From assembly GCA_030390025.1 (NCBI GenBank), contig CM059432.1:45014001-45078000 (forward strand): DNA of 64,000 bases. Reading direction: 5' to 3'. This DNA is from Squalus acanthias. Lineage: Eukaryota. Below are positions 35,830-47,031 of the stretch, piece after piece (the first letter of the stretch is position 1; every line of letters begins with the position of its first letter). Position numbers and translations under genes: made by a program. Under the pieces are notes generated by a model. That model had not been told where the DNA came from, made no database searches, and saw nothing but the letters and a program-made list of their open reading frames with translations.

Positions 35830-35925
35830 ACACCAGCCAGTGGAAAGTTTTCCCCCTGATTCCCATTGACTTCAATTTTACAAGGGCTCCTTGATGCCAG
35901 ACTCGATCAAAGGCTGCCTTGATGT
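35830..35925 (-). mobile_element. Host family-B LINE, piece 3 of 4
   Basis: IKAAFDRVWHQGALVKLKSMGIRGKTFHWL on the minus strand. Confidence 0.85.
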
Positions 35926-36455
35926 TATAAGACGAGTGGAAATTGCCCCTCGCCCCGTCAAACAGTTTCCAAAGTTCAGAACCATCGAACAGACAACACA
36001 AAACCCAATGAAACTGTGAAACATCTTTTACTTAAAAATCAGCAAGAGATTACAAGTAAGCATTCGACAGTTATGTAGCATATAATAATTTCCAATTATA
36101 CCTCAGTATACACAGAGCTATCCCTTTACTTTAAGCTCAAGCAAACCACATACGTACCAGCACCAGCGTGTGTTCAATCCAACAGTGACTAGACGTATGA
36201 TATATGGCAGCTGACCAGGTTGCTCGGCTGCAGCCTCGAGTGGTCAATTTACAGCATCTTTTATAACCCAAAACTTGGCAACCCTCCCACTGCGTACATG
36301 TCTCTAACTATACGGACAATGGTCCTCAGTTGTTTTTCAGTTCTTCTTATCAATAGTCCATTGAGCCTCCATGGGTTTCAAGGCCGGTTACATTCCATAG
36401 TTTGAAGATGTTTTTGTCTTTGCACTGATTCCACAGCTCAATAGTCTGTTCCCAC
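35926..36455 (-). repeat. ERV-C 3' LTR, truncated at the ERV-B2 insertion
   Basis: Matches 61773-62305 up to ...GTCTGTTCCCAC. Confidence 0.9.
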
Positions 36456-38130
36456 TGTAGAATTCGCAAATTATCGCGATTTAAAAATAATGAGAAAAAG
36501 ACATACAGTTTCGTAAACACAGCTTTATTTCAGCAAAATGCTGTCAGGTTTCAAAACGGACACAAGCAGCCTGTAAAATGGCCACCACGCCTCGTGGCAG
36601 AAGGTTCTAGACTTTCAGCAGGCAGACAAGATGGCGTTTCAATAAACATTTCAGCAAGATCGGACAGGACTCAGCATATTGAGATAAGACAAGACGAGAT
36701 CGTTTTGCATTTTTAACACCCAAGCAAGGAATATAAGTGCTGGAATCGGGTTTTTCCATGCACAAATGAGAGCTATTGTACTGGGCAATCAAGGGGCCCA
36801 TCCAAAGACATTGATACGCAAATTCCCCACGGCTCTACGATGAGAGAGCCGTTCGCGGGTACTCACAGCAAGAATTCGGAGGCCCCCAAAACCCCTCCAG
36901 GGAGACTCCTAGCCAGTTCCACAAGGGGAGAAATATTAACGGGTACTCAGACAGTTACAAGTATCACCGAAACCCATTAACAACAAGTACCACCCCATAC
37001 AAGAAGTTTGAGCGCCAAAACATGACAAAAGATGAACATTAAGATTGGGCGGGAGATAAGGAATTACAGTACTATAACTGTAGTGACCAAACGTCCATTT
37101 TTCTCTTATTCCTTTGACTCGCTAGAGAACTCTTGACTCTTATTCTCTGATCCGCTGATTTTCCAGGAGTCAACCTCGTGGCTTGCCGCGAAGATCTGTG
37201 GAGAGCTGGTCTGCGAAGGCCTGTAAGCGGGCGCACCATCCCGAGAAGTCAGTAAACGGTGTTGGAACCGAAGGCCCGAGAGGAGATGAGATGAGATGAG
37301 AAGAGAAGAAGACGACTACACGTGCCGCCGCGGTCAGTAAACCCTGACCTTGCCCGAAAATCGATTAACCACTTCTTCGAATTCTATCGGCTACTCCACA
37401 ACTGGCCCTGGAAGACTTTTCTTCGAGTTCTACCGACAACTGGTGTCGGTCCAGAAAGACTCTTCTTTGAATTTTACCGGCTAACTGGTGTCGGGCACAG
37501 GAAGACTCTTCTTTGAGTTTTATCAGAGTTCCGAGGTCAACACAGATCTTCATGACAGCAGACGGTCCAGCCTGCTAGCCGGAGCACAGCGAGTAAATAA
37601 GTGGGGTACAGAGACCCCTGATCAACACGTGAATAGTCAGGTGCTGTGGTGAAAACATCCGAGCAGCGTTTCGGAATTCTCCGAGTTATCACGAGTGGTG
37701 AGCATGAGTCTCGATCCTACAGATCTAGATTAGGACAGGTATTGATAGGGGAGGGTTTTTGTTTTAAGGATAATTATAATGTGTGTCCCCTTTTACGATG
37801 TGTCGTGCGCTCCTCGTTTCCCTAAACCTAGTTGCATAAATGTATGTAAGTTTGTACTGTCATTAATCTGTGCTTATGACATGTATTTCGTAATCTTGGA
37901 TAATATGCAATAAAGATTTTCCATTTCGTACTATTCAACCGGGTCTACCTGAGTTTTCTCTGCATTATTGCTCTCGCACCTAAGTCCAGTGTCAGAACCG
38001 TAAGGGCGAGTGGGTCGAACCACTCACAGGTGTCTAGTGCTACCAGGCTGGCTGGAGACCAGAACAGGCAACAAGGCCTAACCCCGCACTAGCACCCAGG
38101 CTAAGCACAGAGCCACGCGAACCCCTTACA
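36456..38130 (+). repeat. ERV-B2 5' LTR (1675 bp)
   Basis: TGTAG...TTACA; homologous to but diverged from 34162-35825. Confidence 0.93.
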
Positions 38131-38134
38131 GGAA

Positions 38135-39958
38135 ATGGCGACCACGAAGGGACACTGGCAGCGAGAAAATAATGTGTTAGACCCTGGTATGAATGGGCGA
38201 AATGTTATGGAAGAGAGAATAGCAGATTATGTTTTTGGAAAAGTTAATTTGACTAAGAGATGGATAAGTGACCTGCTGGTGGATAAGCGTCCGCTAGATG
38301 CAACCATCAGGTGGACAGGTAGCAAGGAACACAAAAAATCGGTAGAGAAAGCGGTTTGGCTGATGTGTTATAAAAGGCAAGTCCAGCTTTCGGACCAGGT
38401 CATCGTAGCGCAGGCAGCTCAGATCACGGGTTTGGTGGTGGAGATGGAGGAAAAGGTCGCGGGGGGGCAGCAGCTCATCGCATCCTTAAATGCGTTGCAT
38501 CAGGAACGCCAGTTAGTCGCCAACCACCATGAGGCGAAGATAGATTACCTCGAGTGCCAGGTCACTGAGGCATAATTAAATGAGGGCAGAATAAGGGAAC
38601 GATGTGCCCGCCTAGCTGCTCAAATAAAAGCCCAGGAAGAGAGCTTAAAGGGGTTTAGGGCGGCATATAAGATGGCCCTCGAGGATAAACATGAGGGGGC
38701 CGATCACAGCGTCTGCCAAAGAGAGATAGGGAACCTTAAAGAGGCCCTGAATAAAGCGCACGGCATGGTGTGCCTTATCAGCCCGTCAGCACACCAGCCG
38801 CCGGTGGGTGGGGAATTCCAAAACTCCCTACCAAACAAAGCAGAGGAGGCATTTGCCACTGTGCCCTCCGCGCCACCCAGCTATTCGGCAACCTGGGTAA
38901 GGGAGGAAGTGGTAGAAGTAGAGGAAGAGGTCCCCGAGGTAGTACAGCCCCCTGAAGTAGTAGTGAAGCCGGGACCGTTGTGCCCGCTTACAGGTATCAA
39001 GAGGGGCCCGAACGGAGACGGTGGGGAAGCGGAGAATCTCCTCAGCCAGCTTGTGTTGCCACACAATGCACACCAGCTGAGGGCTATGATCAGTCACGTA
39101 CGGAAGCTGTCCGAGTCAGACGACCCTTCCGTACATTTCAGGGAGGTAGAGCAGACCGCAGCCATTAACGGCTGCGACGATGGAGAAAAGGCAAAAATGC
39201 TGCTGTTCTCATTAGACAGCTCGGTCCTACAGTGTCTCTCAGACGCGAGCAAAAGGGGAGATCATACCTATGGGGAATTGAGGGACGAGGCCCTGGAAGT
39301 GTTGGGAGCGGACGATGAAGGTCCGTTCGTTAGATTGGGACAGACAGTGCAGATGGAGGGAGAACCCCCGAAGGTTTTCGCCGACAGGCTGTGGCCAGTA
39401 TACCAGCGTAGCTGCCCAGGTGCGCCAGAGCGCACCTATTTGAACGGCATCGGTTTAACTCAGTGGCTCAGGTGTGTAGTAGCCAACAGTTTGCCAGCCG
39501 TCAGGGAGCAGGCAAAAGCGTGGTTTGATCCCACTAACCCCATCACAACTGAGGAGTCGGTCCTAAATCGACTCACGGTAGGGTACCATAATACTAGGAG
39601 TACGGGAGCGCGTCCCCTCAAGGGAAAGGTGCATGAGGCACGGCCCGCAGCCCCGGCTCTAAGGGAGTGGCATCAGGAGGGAAATCGCGTCCCACAAGCC
39701 AGTAATGCTTGTTTCGGGTGCGGAAAGACAGGGCACTGGCGCAAGAACTGCAGGAACCCTTGGAAGGAGTCCAGGGATAAAAATCCCGCAGCCCGAGCCC
39801 AGGCGCCTGCCCCCGATAAGGGAGCTGGTGTGCATATCCATCCCGATGCGATAGAATCAATGCTGGGAGCCATGCGGACCCTCATGATTTCGCAAGGAAG
39901 GGTGGCAGTTGCTACCGGCCCCGCAGATGCCGCAGCCCCGTCCAACAGTACCCAATGA
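38135..39958 (+). pseudogene. gag: ERV-B2 gag (premature TAA at 38573)
   Basis: ORFs 38135-38575 and 38672-39958 share a frame; B1 has AAG at the stop; PSAPPSY; CFGCGKTGHWRKNC; ends TGA-CTAG. Confidence 0.9.
38136..38153 (+). promoter_or_regulatory. Primer binding site, tRNA-Arg(UCG)
   Basis: TGGCGACCACGAAGGGAC, 5 nt after the LTR end. Confidence 0.8.
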
Positions 39959-42900
39959 CTAGAGCCCGCACAGCCCGTCTACCTGTGTCCGCTCAGCTAT
40001 GATGCGTGGAAGTGACCCCTGGTGGAGATGGAGGTAGAGAAGCAGAAGGGTAGTTATTTGTTGGACACGGGAGCTTCATGCACCGTGATTCATACGGATA
40101 GCCCCTTTGACTCACCACTGTCTACCAAGGTCCCATACACATTAGCGGGGTTCACGGGAAAAGAGCAGGCTGGCACGTTCTCCATTCCGCTCTCCATTCA
40201 TTTAGGAGCACTCCACACCACGTGGAAGTGCATACTGATGAAATGGCAAGAGGAGGGTGGGAGAGGCATCCTCGGATCAGATCTCCTATCGGAGCACGGG
40301 ATCCTCGTGGACCTTAGGAATCACTGTCTCTGGGGAGCCAAGGGTGGAAAAGGCAAGGTAGTGGTAATCCCGGGGGAGGAAGGTAAAGGGGCCCTGTGTA
40401 CCATGAAGCCATCCGGAGGCTACGACCTCGGGCTTATGGTCGCGGATGTCCCAACGGACATGCAGACGTACGTGTCAGATAATATGCACGCGTTTGCAAC
40501 CCACAAACACGATTGTGGGAGGGTTACCGGGTTTGAGGTCAGCGTAGATGGGGACCCCATGACCCGGCCCCAAAAGCAGTATAACTTCCCCAAAGAAGCA
40601 GAACCCGATATCGAGACAGCAATGTCCTCCTTGGTGCAGCAGGGCGTGTTGAGGCCGATAGCCACACACGTGAACTCCCCATTATGGCCGGTTAGGAAGC
40701 CGGATAATTCGTGGAGGGCCACGGTGGACTACAGAGTCCTCAATAGTAACATTCCCGCCTGCGCGCCCACGGTAGCAGCAGTTGCTGACCTAATAGGGAG
40801 TATCCCAGCGTCCGCGACCACGTTCACGGTGCTGGATATCTCGAACGGTTTTTGGTCCATCCCGCTGCGGCGAGAGGACCAGTATAAGTTTGCCTTTACT
40901 TTCAAAGGACAACAGTACACATGGAACTGTTTGCCACAGGGTTTCCACAACAGCCCCAGTATTTTCCATCAGTGTATGGCAGGAAGTTTAAAGGAGTTTA
41001 GTCAGCCCAATCAGATAGTGCAGTACGTGGATGATTTGCTCCTATTTACGGACTCAAGGGAGGAGCATGGACCACTGTTAGCCGAGTTATTGGAGCTGCT
41101 AGCGAGAAAGGGTTTTAAAGTTAACCCTAAGAAAGCACGTATCGGTCAGCAGGAAGTAAAATTCCTGGGGCTGACCATTCGCGCTGGGGAAAGAGCCATA
41201 GATAAGGCTAGGAGGGAATCGGTGCAAGAGTTACCGATTCCCAACACCATAAGGGGTGTGAGGTCCTTTTTGGGACTGACCAGTTACTGTAGAGATTTTA
41301 TCGAAGACTATGCGGCCACAGCAGCGCCGCTGCTCCGACTCCTCCATAAGGGAGTGGAGTGGTCTTGGGACTAGGGCTGCCAGGCAGCCTTCGAGAAGTT
41401 AAAAAGGAATTTGCAGACCGCGCCAGCTTTAGGGGCCATAGATGGGGGGAAGGAGTTTTTCCTGGAGGTAGCTGCCAGCGGAGACAGCTTGAGCGCTGTG
41501 CTGCTCCAAGAGCGTCACGGCAAGCTGAGGCCGGTTGTCTATTCGACCAGGGTGTTAACGGATGTGGAGAGGAGTTTCTCCAATTGCGAAAGGCATCTTT
41601 TAGCCACGCATTGGGCTGTGAAAAGATCAGCGATCTTCACAGGGCTCTCTCCCATCACTCTCCTTACCCATCACACACCAACTAAGATGCTTCTAGATGG
41701 GAGGATTAAGGATGGGACCGTGAGCAGCGCTCAAATTGCGCGCTGGACCATTCTCCTTTTCCAGATGGATCTTAGAGTTAAAGGTCTTTGCGAGCCCAGG
41801 CTTGCGGCCAATTTGGTATACCCCGGTACAGCCCACCAGTGTTCGGTGGAAGGGGTGTGGGAGGTCAACATAGGTTTGCGGGCCGGGATACATCCCACAG
41901 GTCGCGAGATTTATGTTGATGGTTCCAGCACAGTGTCCGCTGGCGAACGACTCACAGGGTGTGGAGTTTATGACCCTGCGGCAAACCTCGCCCTGGCGAT
42001 TAAGCTCCCCAGCACCATGAGCGCGCAGCAGGCTGAGCTGTCTGCGGTGGCGTATGTCGTTACCCACCCAGAAACTTTCCCAACTCCATACACGATTTGC
42101 TCGGACAGTATGTTCACATGCAATTCGTGTACGGAATACCTGGCCATTTGGTCCCGCCGTGGATACACCTCCGCGGACGGGCGACCTTTAACGATGAAGC
42201 CCTTGCTGGAAAAGATCCTAGCAGCAGTAGGGGAGGAAGGGGAGATTTTCATCCATAAGGTGAAGGCTCACTCCTCCACAGAGCCCCGTGGGGAGGGCAA
42301 CCAGCAGGCGGATGCACTAGCCAGGGAGGGTGCCCGTAACGGCATTTTCTGGGACCCCTATGGGCCCGGACCCGTGGCAGCGATCCAAGGCAGGGACGGG
42401 AATCCCGGGAACACCAGGGTAGCATTGCCCCTAGACCTTAAGACCGTCCAGAACCAGGATCCCGCCCTAAAAGCAGTTCTCAGAACCATCGCTGAGGGCA
42501 AGCAGGTAGAGGGTCCGTACAGTACGGCAACCCTCTCCGTTAAGGAAGGCATGCTGTTCCGCGAGGAGCAGTGGGTTGTGCCGCAGCAGCACAGGAGGGA
42601 ATTCCTCCAGTTGGCTCATGAGGGGCCGGGGGCAGGGCACCCCGGGCCCGAGGTTACCTGGCAACGGGTAGAGCAGGCGGGATGGTGGCCGGGACTCAGG
42701 GAGCAGGTCCGCGAGTTCTGTGCTAGCTGTCTCGTGTGCGCTGCAAACAACCCAGACCCCCAGAAAAGGAAAGAGCCCATGGGGCACATCAGGAGGGTGG
42801 AGGGACCATGGCAGTCGATACAGATCGATTACATAGGGCCCCTGCCCACCACCCAGGGAGGCTACAAATACTGCCGCGTCTTGGTGGACGTGTTTACCAA

Positions 42901-44449
42901 ATGGGTGGAAGCCTTCCCCTGTAAAACAGCTACGGCGCTGGGTACTGCAAAAATCTTGGTCCGGGAAGTGTTCTCGCGGTGGGGACTCCCCCGTTTCGTG
43001 GAGTCAGACCAAGGGAGTCATTTCACCGGCCAGGTGATGCAGAACACCCTCATGCTTTTGGGCATTGAAGGGAAGTGGCACGTAGCGCACAATCCCCAGT
43101 CATCCGGGATTGTTGAACGCATGAACCGGACCCTGAAGGAGAAATTGAGGAAAGAGACTATGAACTCGCCCCAAAAATGGGTGGAGGTTCTGCCTCTAGT
43201 CCTCATGGGGATCCGGGCCAGTCAGTCGAAAGGTACGGGGTATTCCCCGCATGAGGTGATGACTGGAAGGATCATGCGAACCCCTACCCATGTGCTAGCG
43301 CTGGTGCTCACTGAAGGTCAGCTCCAAGAGGTAAGCAGGGACAAGTTCGTCCAGACCCTCTTGGAGCGCCTGAAGCAGGTTTATGAGCAGGCGGCTGGGA
43401 ACATGGGAAGGCAGCATCAGGGCAATCGCCTGTTACTGGAACCCCGCAAGAAGCAGGAGTGGGAAGTAGGAGACCAGGTCATGGTCAGAAACTATGCCAG
43501 AGTAGGGAGTCTGGAACCACTGTATATGGGATCCTACAGCATTGTAGATAAGGCGAGTCCCATGGTATACGCCGTAAAGGTACCTCGGCGCACTAAGTGG
43601 TTCCACGTAAATCAGTGCAAACTGTATAAGCCGGGTGCGCAAGGGCCAACCACAGGGGCCAAACCTGCGAGTGGGGACTCGCAGCCCCAGGTAGGGCCAC
43701 AGGGCACACAGGCAGGCAAAGCAGCCTGCATCAGGGGAGAGGACATCCTAGCAAAATGTGGGATCCTTTATTGGGGTTGGGAGTCAGATGAGGAAGAGTT
43801 CGAGGAGCTCAACCAAGATAGTGACACAAGCGAAGAGGAGCTGGAATCGGACGACGAAAGGGTCGCCCCCGATTCAGGTAAAGGGAAGATAGGGTCTGCA
43901 GATGGAGATCCACACAGGGTGGAGACAGAAGCTGCAGGTCCCGAACTCAGGGGGGCGGAGCTAGGGGAGGCGGAGCCAGCGGCTGTGGTGGGACCACAGG
44001 GCGTGGCGATGGAAGCCTCAGAACCCAGTCCGTCCGCCTTGGAAGTCTTGCCCTCAAGGGAGGTAGGGACTGCGAGTGAAGGGCCGCCTACTGGGCCAAG
44101 TAAGGCGGTGCCAGAGGCTGCAGATCCTGAGTTCAGGGAGGCGGAGTCGGGGGAGGCGGAGCCAGCGGCTGTGGTGAGACCACAGGTCGCAACGGTGGAA
44201 GTCTCGAAACCCGGTCCGTCGGTCCTGGAGTTCCTGCCCCCGGTAGCCCCCCGTAGGTCAAGTCGGATACCCCAGCCCAGGAAGATATGGTCAAGTCCCC
44301 AGAGTGTCCCAAGGCGTAGGTTCAAGGCTAAGGCAGCCCAGGGAGAGCCCAGTCACAGCGCAGCAGCAACAGGCTGCAGCCGATCAAAGGGAGGGGTCAA
44401 TGCCCTCCCACCATTGGGAGAAGCTTGTGGCAGCCTTCGCAGAATTTAG
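39959..44449 (+). pseudogene. pol: ERV-B2 pro-pol: PR, RT, tether, RNase H, IN and acidic tail (stops at 40013 and 41372)
   Basis: LLDTGAS; LPQGFHNSP; QYVDDLL; degenerate RNase H tether (FFLEVAAS...CERHLLA); IYVDGSS/AQQAEL; HEGPGAGH...CLVC; ESDQGSHF; QSSGIVERMN. Confidence 0.93.
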
Positions 44450-44727
44450 GTAGGCCGCCCTGGGAACGGGCGGCACTGTACAGTTCATAAGTTTATAAGT
44501 TAAGTTTAAGTTTTATAGGTTTTAAATCAGGTTAAGTTTGTAGTTTAAATTTTTTAACAGTAAAGATAAATGATGGGAGTTTAGAGATAGGAATAGTTAA
44601 AGTCTATCCAGCATACATGTCTTTTTATGTGAGGCGAGGTCAAGGGACCCGCTCACCCTTCACAAAAGCCAGAGACTCTTGGGAGGCTGGCTACCTCATG
44701 TTATCTGATCACAGGAACCAAGGAAGG

Positions 44728-46572
44728 ATGGAACGGATTCTGGTAGTGCTCGTGGCATTTGGATGTGGATTGGCCTATCGAGGCCGCACCAAGGATGTCG
44801 TGGTGTTTGGATGCTCCGGGGACACAGCCCCCATCGCGGTAGATGGGACCGGGAGGCGAGAGGCTGAGGAGACCGCCACTTATTTCCACAAGGGAAGGTG
44901 GCCGGGATGGCTGGGAACGAATTCGACGGAATGCCCTAAAACCAGTAAGGGACCCGGGAATGGTTTGGTACTGGTCCCAACAGACCAGATACTATTTCAG
45001 GGGGTACATTACGCGGTGGCTTCGGTGATTTTAAATCTCACCGAGGTGCGGTTGCCAGAGTGGTGCCCCAAAGAGACGGAACAATTGTACCAAGTCCTGT
45101 TGACCAATATGTTTAGACAATTCTACGAGTTTGATTTTGCGGAGATTGACAAAACAAGCTTGTACACCACACCACATGAAGTTTTGGGCCAGGTGGGGAG
45201 ACAAAGAAGGGGTGTTGTGAACGACATGTTCACCGCTTTCAATACAGGGACATCTGTGGTCAACGCTCTAGACAACGTGGAGCTGCAGACCCAGGTTAAT
45301 GGTTTAAAAACACAATTAAAGAATATTCTTACAGACGAAAATAAGGTAGTGGGGTCCGAATTACACGAGGACCAGGCCATGACACTACACTTAAAAGAGA
45401 TTATAGCTGAGCTGGAGAAACACGCGCGGACGGTAAATGCCCTGATCAGGGAAGATCGGAATGCGTCCGATCAGGCTGCGCAGAACGAGGTGTGCGTGCT
45501 TTACGGGGCGTGGTTACTGGGCGAGGGCCGCAGTAATTTGGAGGATTTAAAACAAGGTTTGGTCCCGTCCTGGATAAGTAACAAACACCTGCAGGCGCTC
45601 CACCCTTTTCAGAACGCATTAAGCCCGTGCCAGCTCAGGCTAGCTTCAGAAGCATACCCAGTCCCCGTGGACTGCGGACGGTCAAATCATACCATTATGG
45701 GTATAGTGTTACGTATGCCGGTTTTGGGCGACACAGCAAAGCCCGCCCCAGTGTATCGGGTAGAGAACATTGGTGTCATTCAGGGGGGAGCCCACATTCG
45801 CTACGCAGCGGTCCCACCTTACGTCATCCGCTGGGAGCAAACGATGACAGGTACAGATCTGTCTGGTTGTCGTGGCCAGGGAGCACACATAATCCTGTGT
45901 CCCCAGCACTTGAATGCCTTTTTAACACCACAGTGCGGGTTCAGAACGGCTGGCGCCAAGCCCATGAATTGCACCATGGAGGCAATGGCACAAGATCATG
46001 TGCCTCCGCAGGTGGCATACATCGGGGGTGGAACATATTGTGTTACCACTGCAGCGCAACACTACCAGCATGGAAACCGTAGCTGGTGTCCGGTGAGTGA
46101 CAGCAGTTTCTGTTTTAAACCCAGGGCTGAAGTTCAAGTGGCACAGCAGCGAATTGTCCCGATCCCTGAACCATCCACTGTTCATCTAACAGTAAAGGAG
46201 AATTTTACCGACTTGCAGCGATTCGTCGCGCATTTCGGATACCTCATTCCCCCTCTCCCTGTACACCTCACCAAGCTTTTGAAAGCCGTTGCGGTTTCGC
46301 AGAAACATTTTTATACCCTTGAGCAAAAGACCGTCGAGATAGGGTCAGAAATTCTAGACATAGTAATCCCACCGTGGTGGGATCTGTTCACCAACATTGA
46401 AGTGCCTTCCTGGATTAGAATAGCCTTCCACATTTTAGTTGTATGCCAGGTAATAATTGTAGTGTACCTATTGGTCGTGCACTGCAAGAGGGGCAAGCGC
46501 CTCACAAAACAGGAAAACACGGGAGAGTGGCGAGAGCGTTACGTGCGCGTGCACGAAGAAAGCGCCGCGTAA
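44728..46572 (+). CDS. env: ERV-B2 env, intact ORF, lacking the 169-codon Ig-like segment
   Basis: Signal MERILVVLVAFGCGLA, furin RQRR, heptad, Cys-rich region, TM; highly similar to B1 env apart from the missing segment. Confidence 0.9.
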   Translation: MERILVVLVAFGCGLAYRGRTKDVVVFGCSGDTAPIAVDGTGRREAEETATYFHKGRWPGWLGTNSTECPKTSKGPGNGLVLVPTDQILFQGVHYAVASVILNLTEVRLPEWCPKETEQLYQVLLTNMFRQFYEFDFAEIDKTSLYTTPHEVLGQVGRQRRGVVNDMFTAFNTGTSVVNALDNVELQTQVNGLKTQLKNILTDENKVVGSELHEDQAMTLHLKEIIAELEKHARTVNALIREDRNASDQAAQNEVCVLYGAWLLGEGRSNLEDLKQGLVPSWISNKHLQALHPFQNALSPCQLRLASEAYPVPVDCGRSNHTIMGIVLRMPVLGDTAKPAPVYRVENIGVIQGGAHIRYAAVPPYVIRWEQTMTGTDLSGCRGQGAHIILCPQHLNAFLTPQCGFRTAGAKPMNCTMEAMAQDHVPPQVAYIGGGTYCVTTAAQHYQHGNRSWCPVSDSSFCFKPRAEVQVAQQRIVPIPEPSTVHLTVKENFTDLQRFVAHFGYLIPPLPVHLTKLLKAVAVSQKHFYTLEQKTVEIGSEILDIVIPPWWDLFTNIEVPSWIRIAFHILVVCQVIIVVYLLVVHCKRGKRLTKQENTGEWRERYVRVHEESAA

Positions 46573-47031
46573 ACGGCCAGAGTGACGTCACTCCAGTTTT
46601 TCCATATGTGTCTCGAAATTGTTTACTGATTGTTATTTTTCTTAGAACCTGTAACTAAGTTTGGAACTCTATGAGGGAAAAATTAAGTCGCGCCCCATTT
46701 GGGGCGCAAATATCGTCCGGGCGCAAAAATTAGCGCCTGGCGCTAATTATCGCCACTGACTGGAAACTTCACTTTTAACGCCCCGGGAGGTGAGTGGAGC
46801 GCTAAATCAGGCGCTGCACACCTGTCTTAGGGCGCAAAGGCCGAGCACTGAGGCGCTAACTCAGCGCTCGAGGGCAGCGCAGGTGCGGCCAGTTAGCGAG
46901 GGAACACAGACACACTGGCGCCGGCCAGTTCTTAAAGGGGGGGGGGGCATCTTGCTCCCCAGCCACACCCTGCTCATTGCAGCCTTGAATCTCGGCCTGG
47001 AGAGACCTGTGAATCCATTTTGCTGCCAAGG

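Larger units (their letters stand above)
36456..46672 (+). mobile_element. ERV-B2: LTR-gag-pro-pol-env provirus lacking its 3' LTR
   Basis: 5' LTR, PBS, one gag-pol reading frame (38135-44449) with four internal stops, intact env. Confidence 0.94.

Noticed and set aside
34162..38130. Two similar LTRs read as one element or a tandem provirus
   Set aside because: They are clearly diverged and belong to separate insertions: B1 ends with a TATG TSD, and B2 starts inside the ERV-C LTR.
36456..46572. Call as a true foamy virus
   Set aside because: Gag has a CCHC knuckle, pol is in frame with gag, the PBS is Arg, env has a short signal peptide, and no tas/bet ORF is seen after env.
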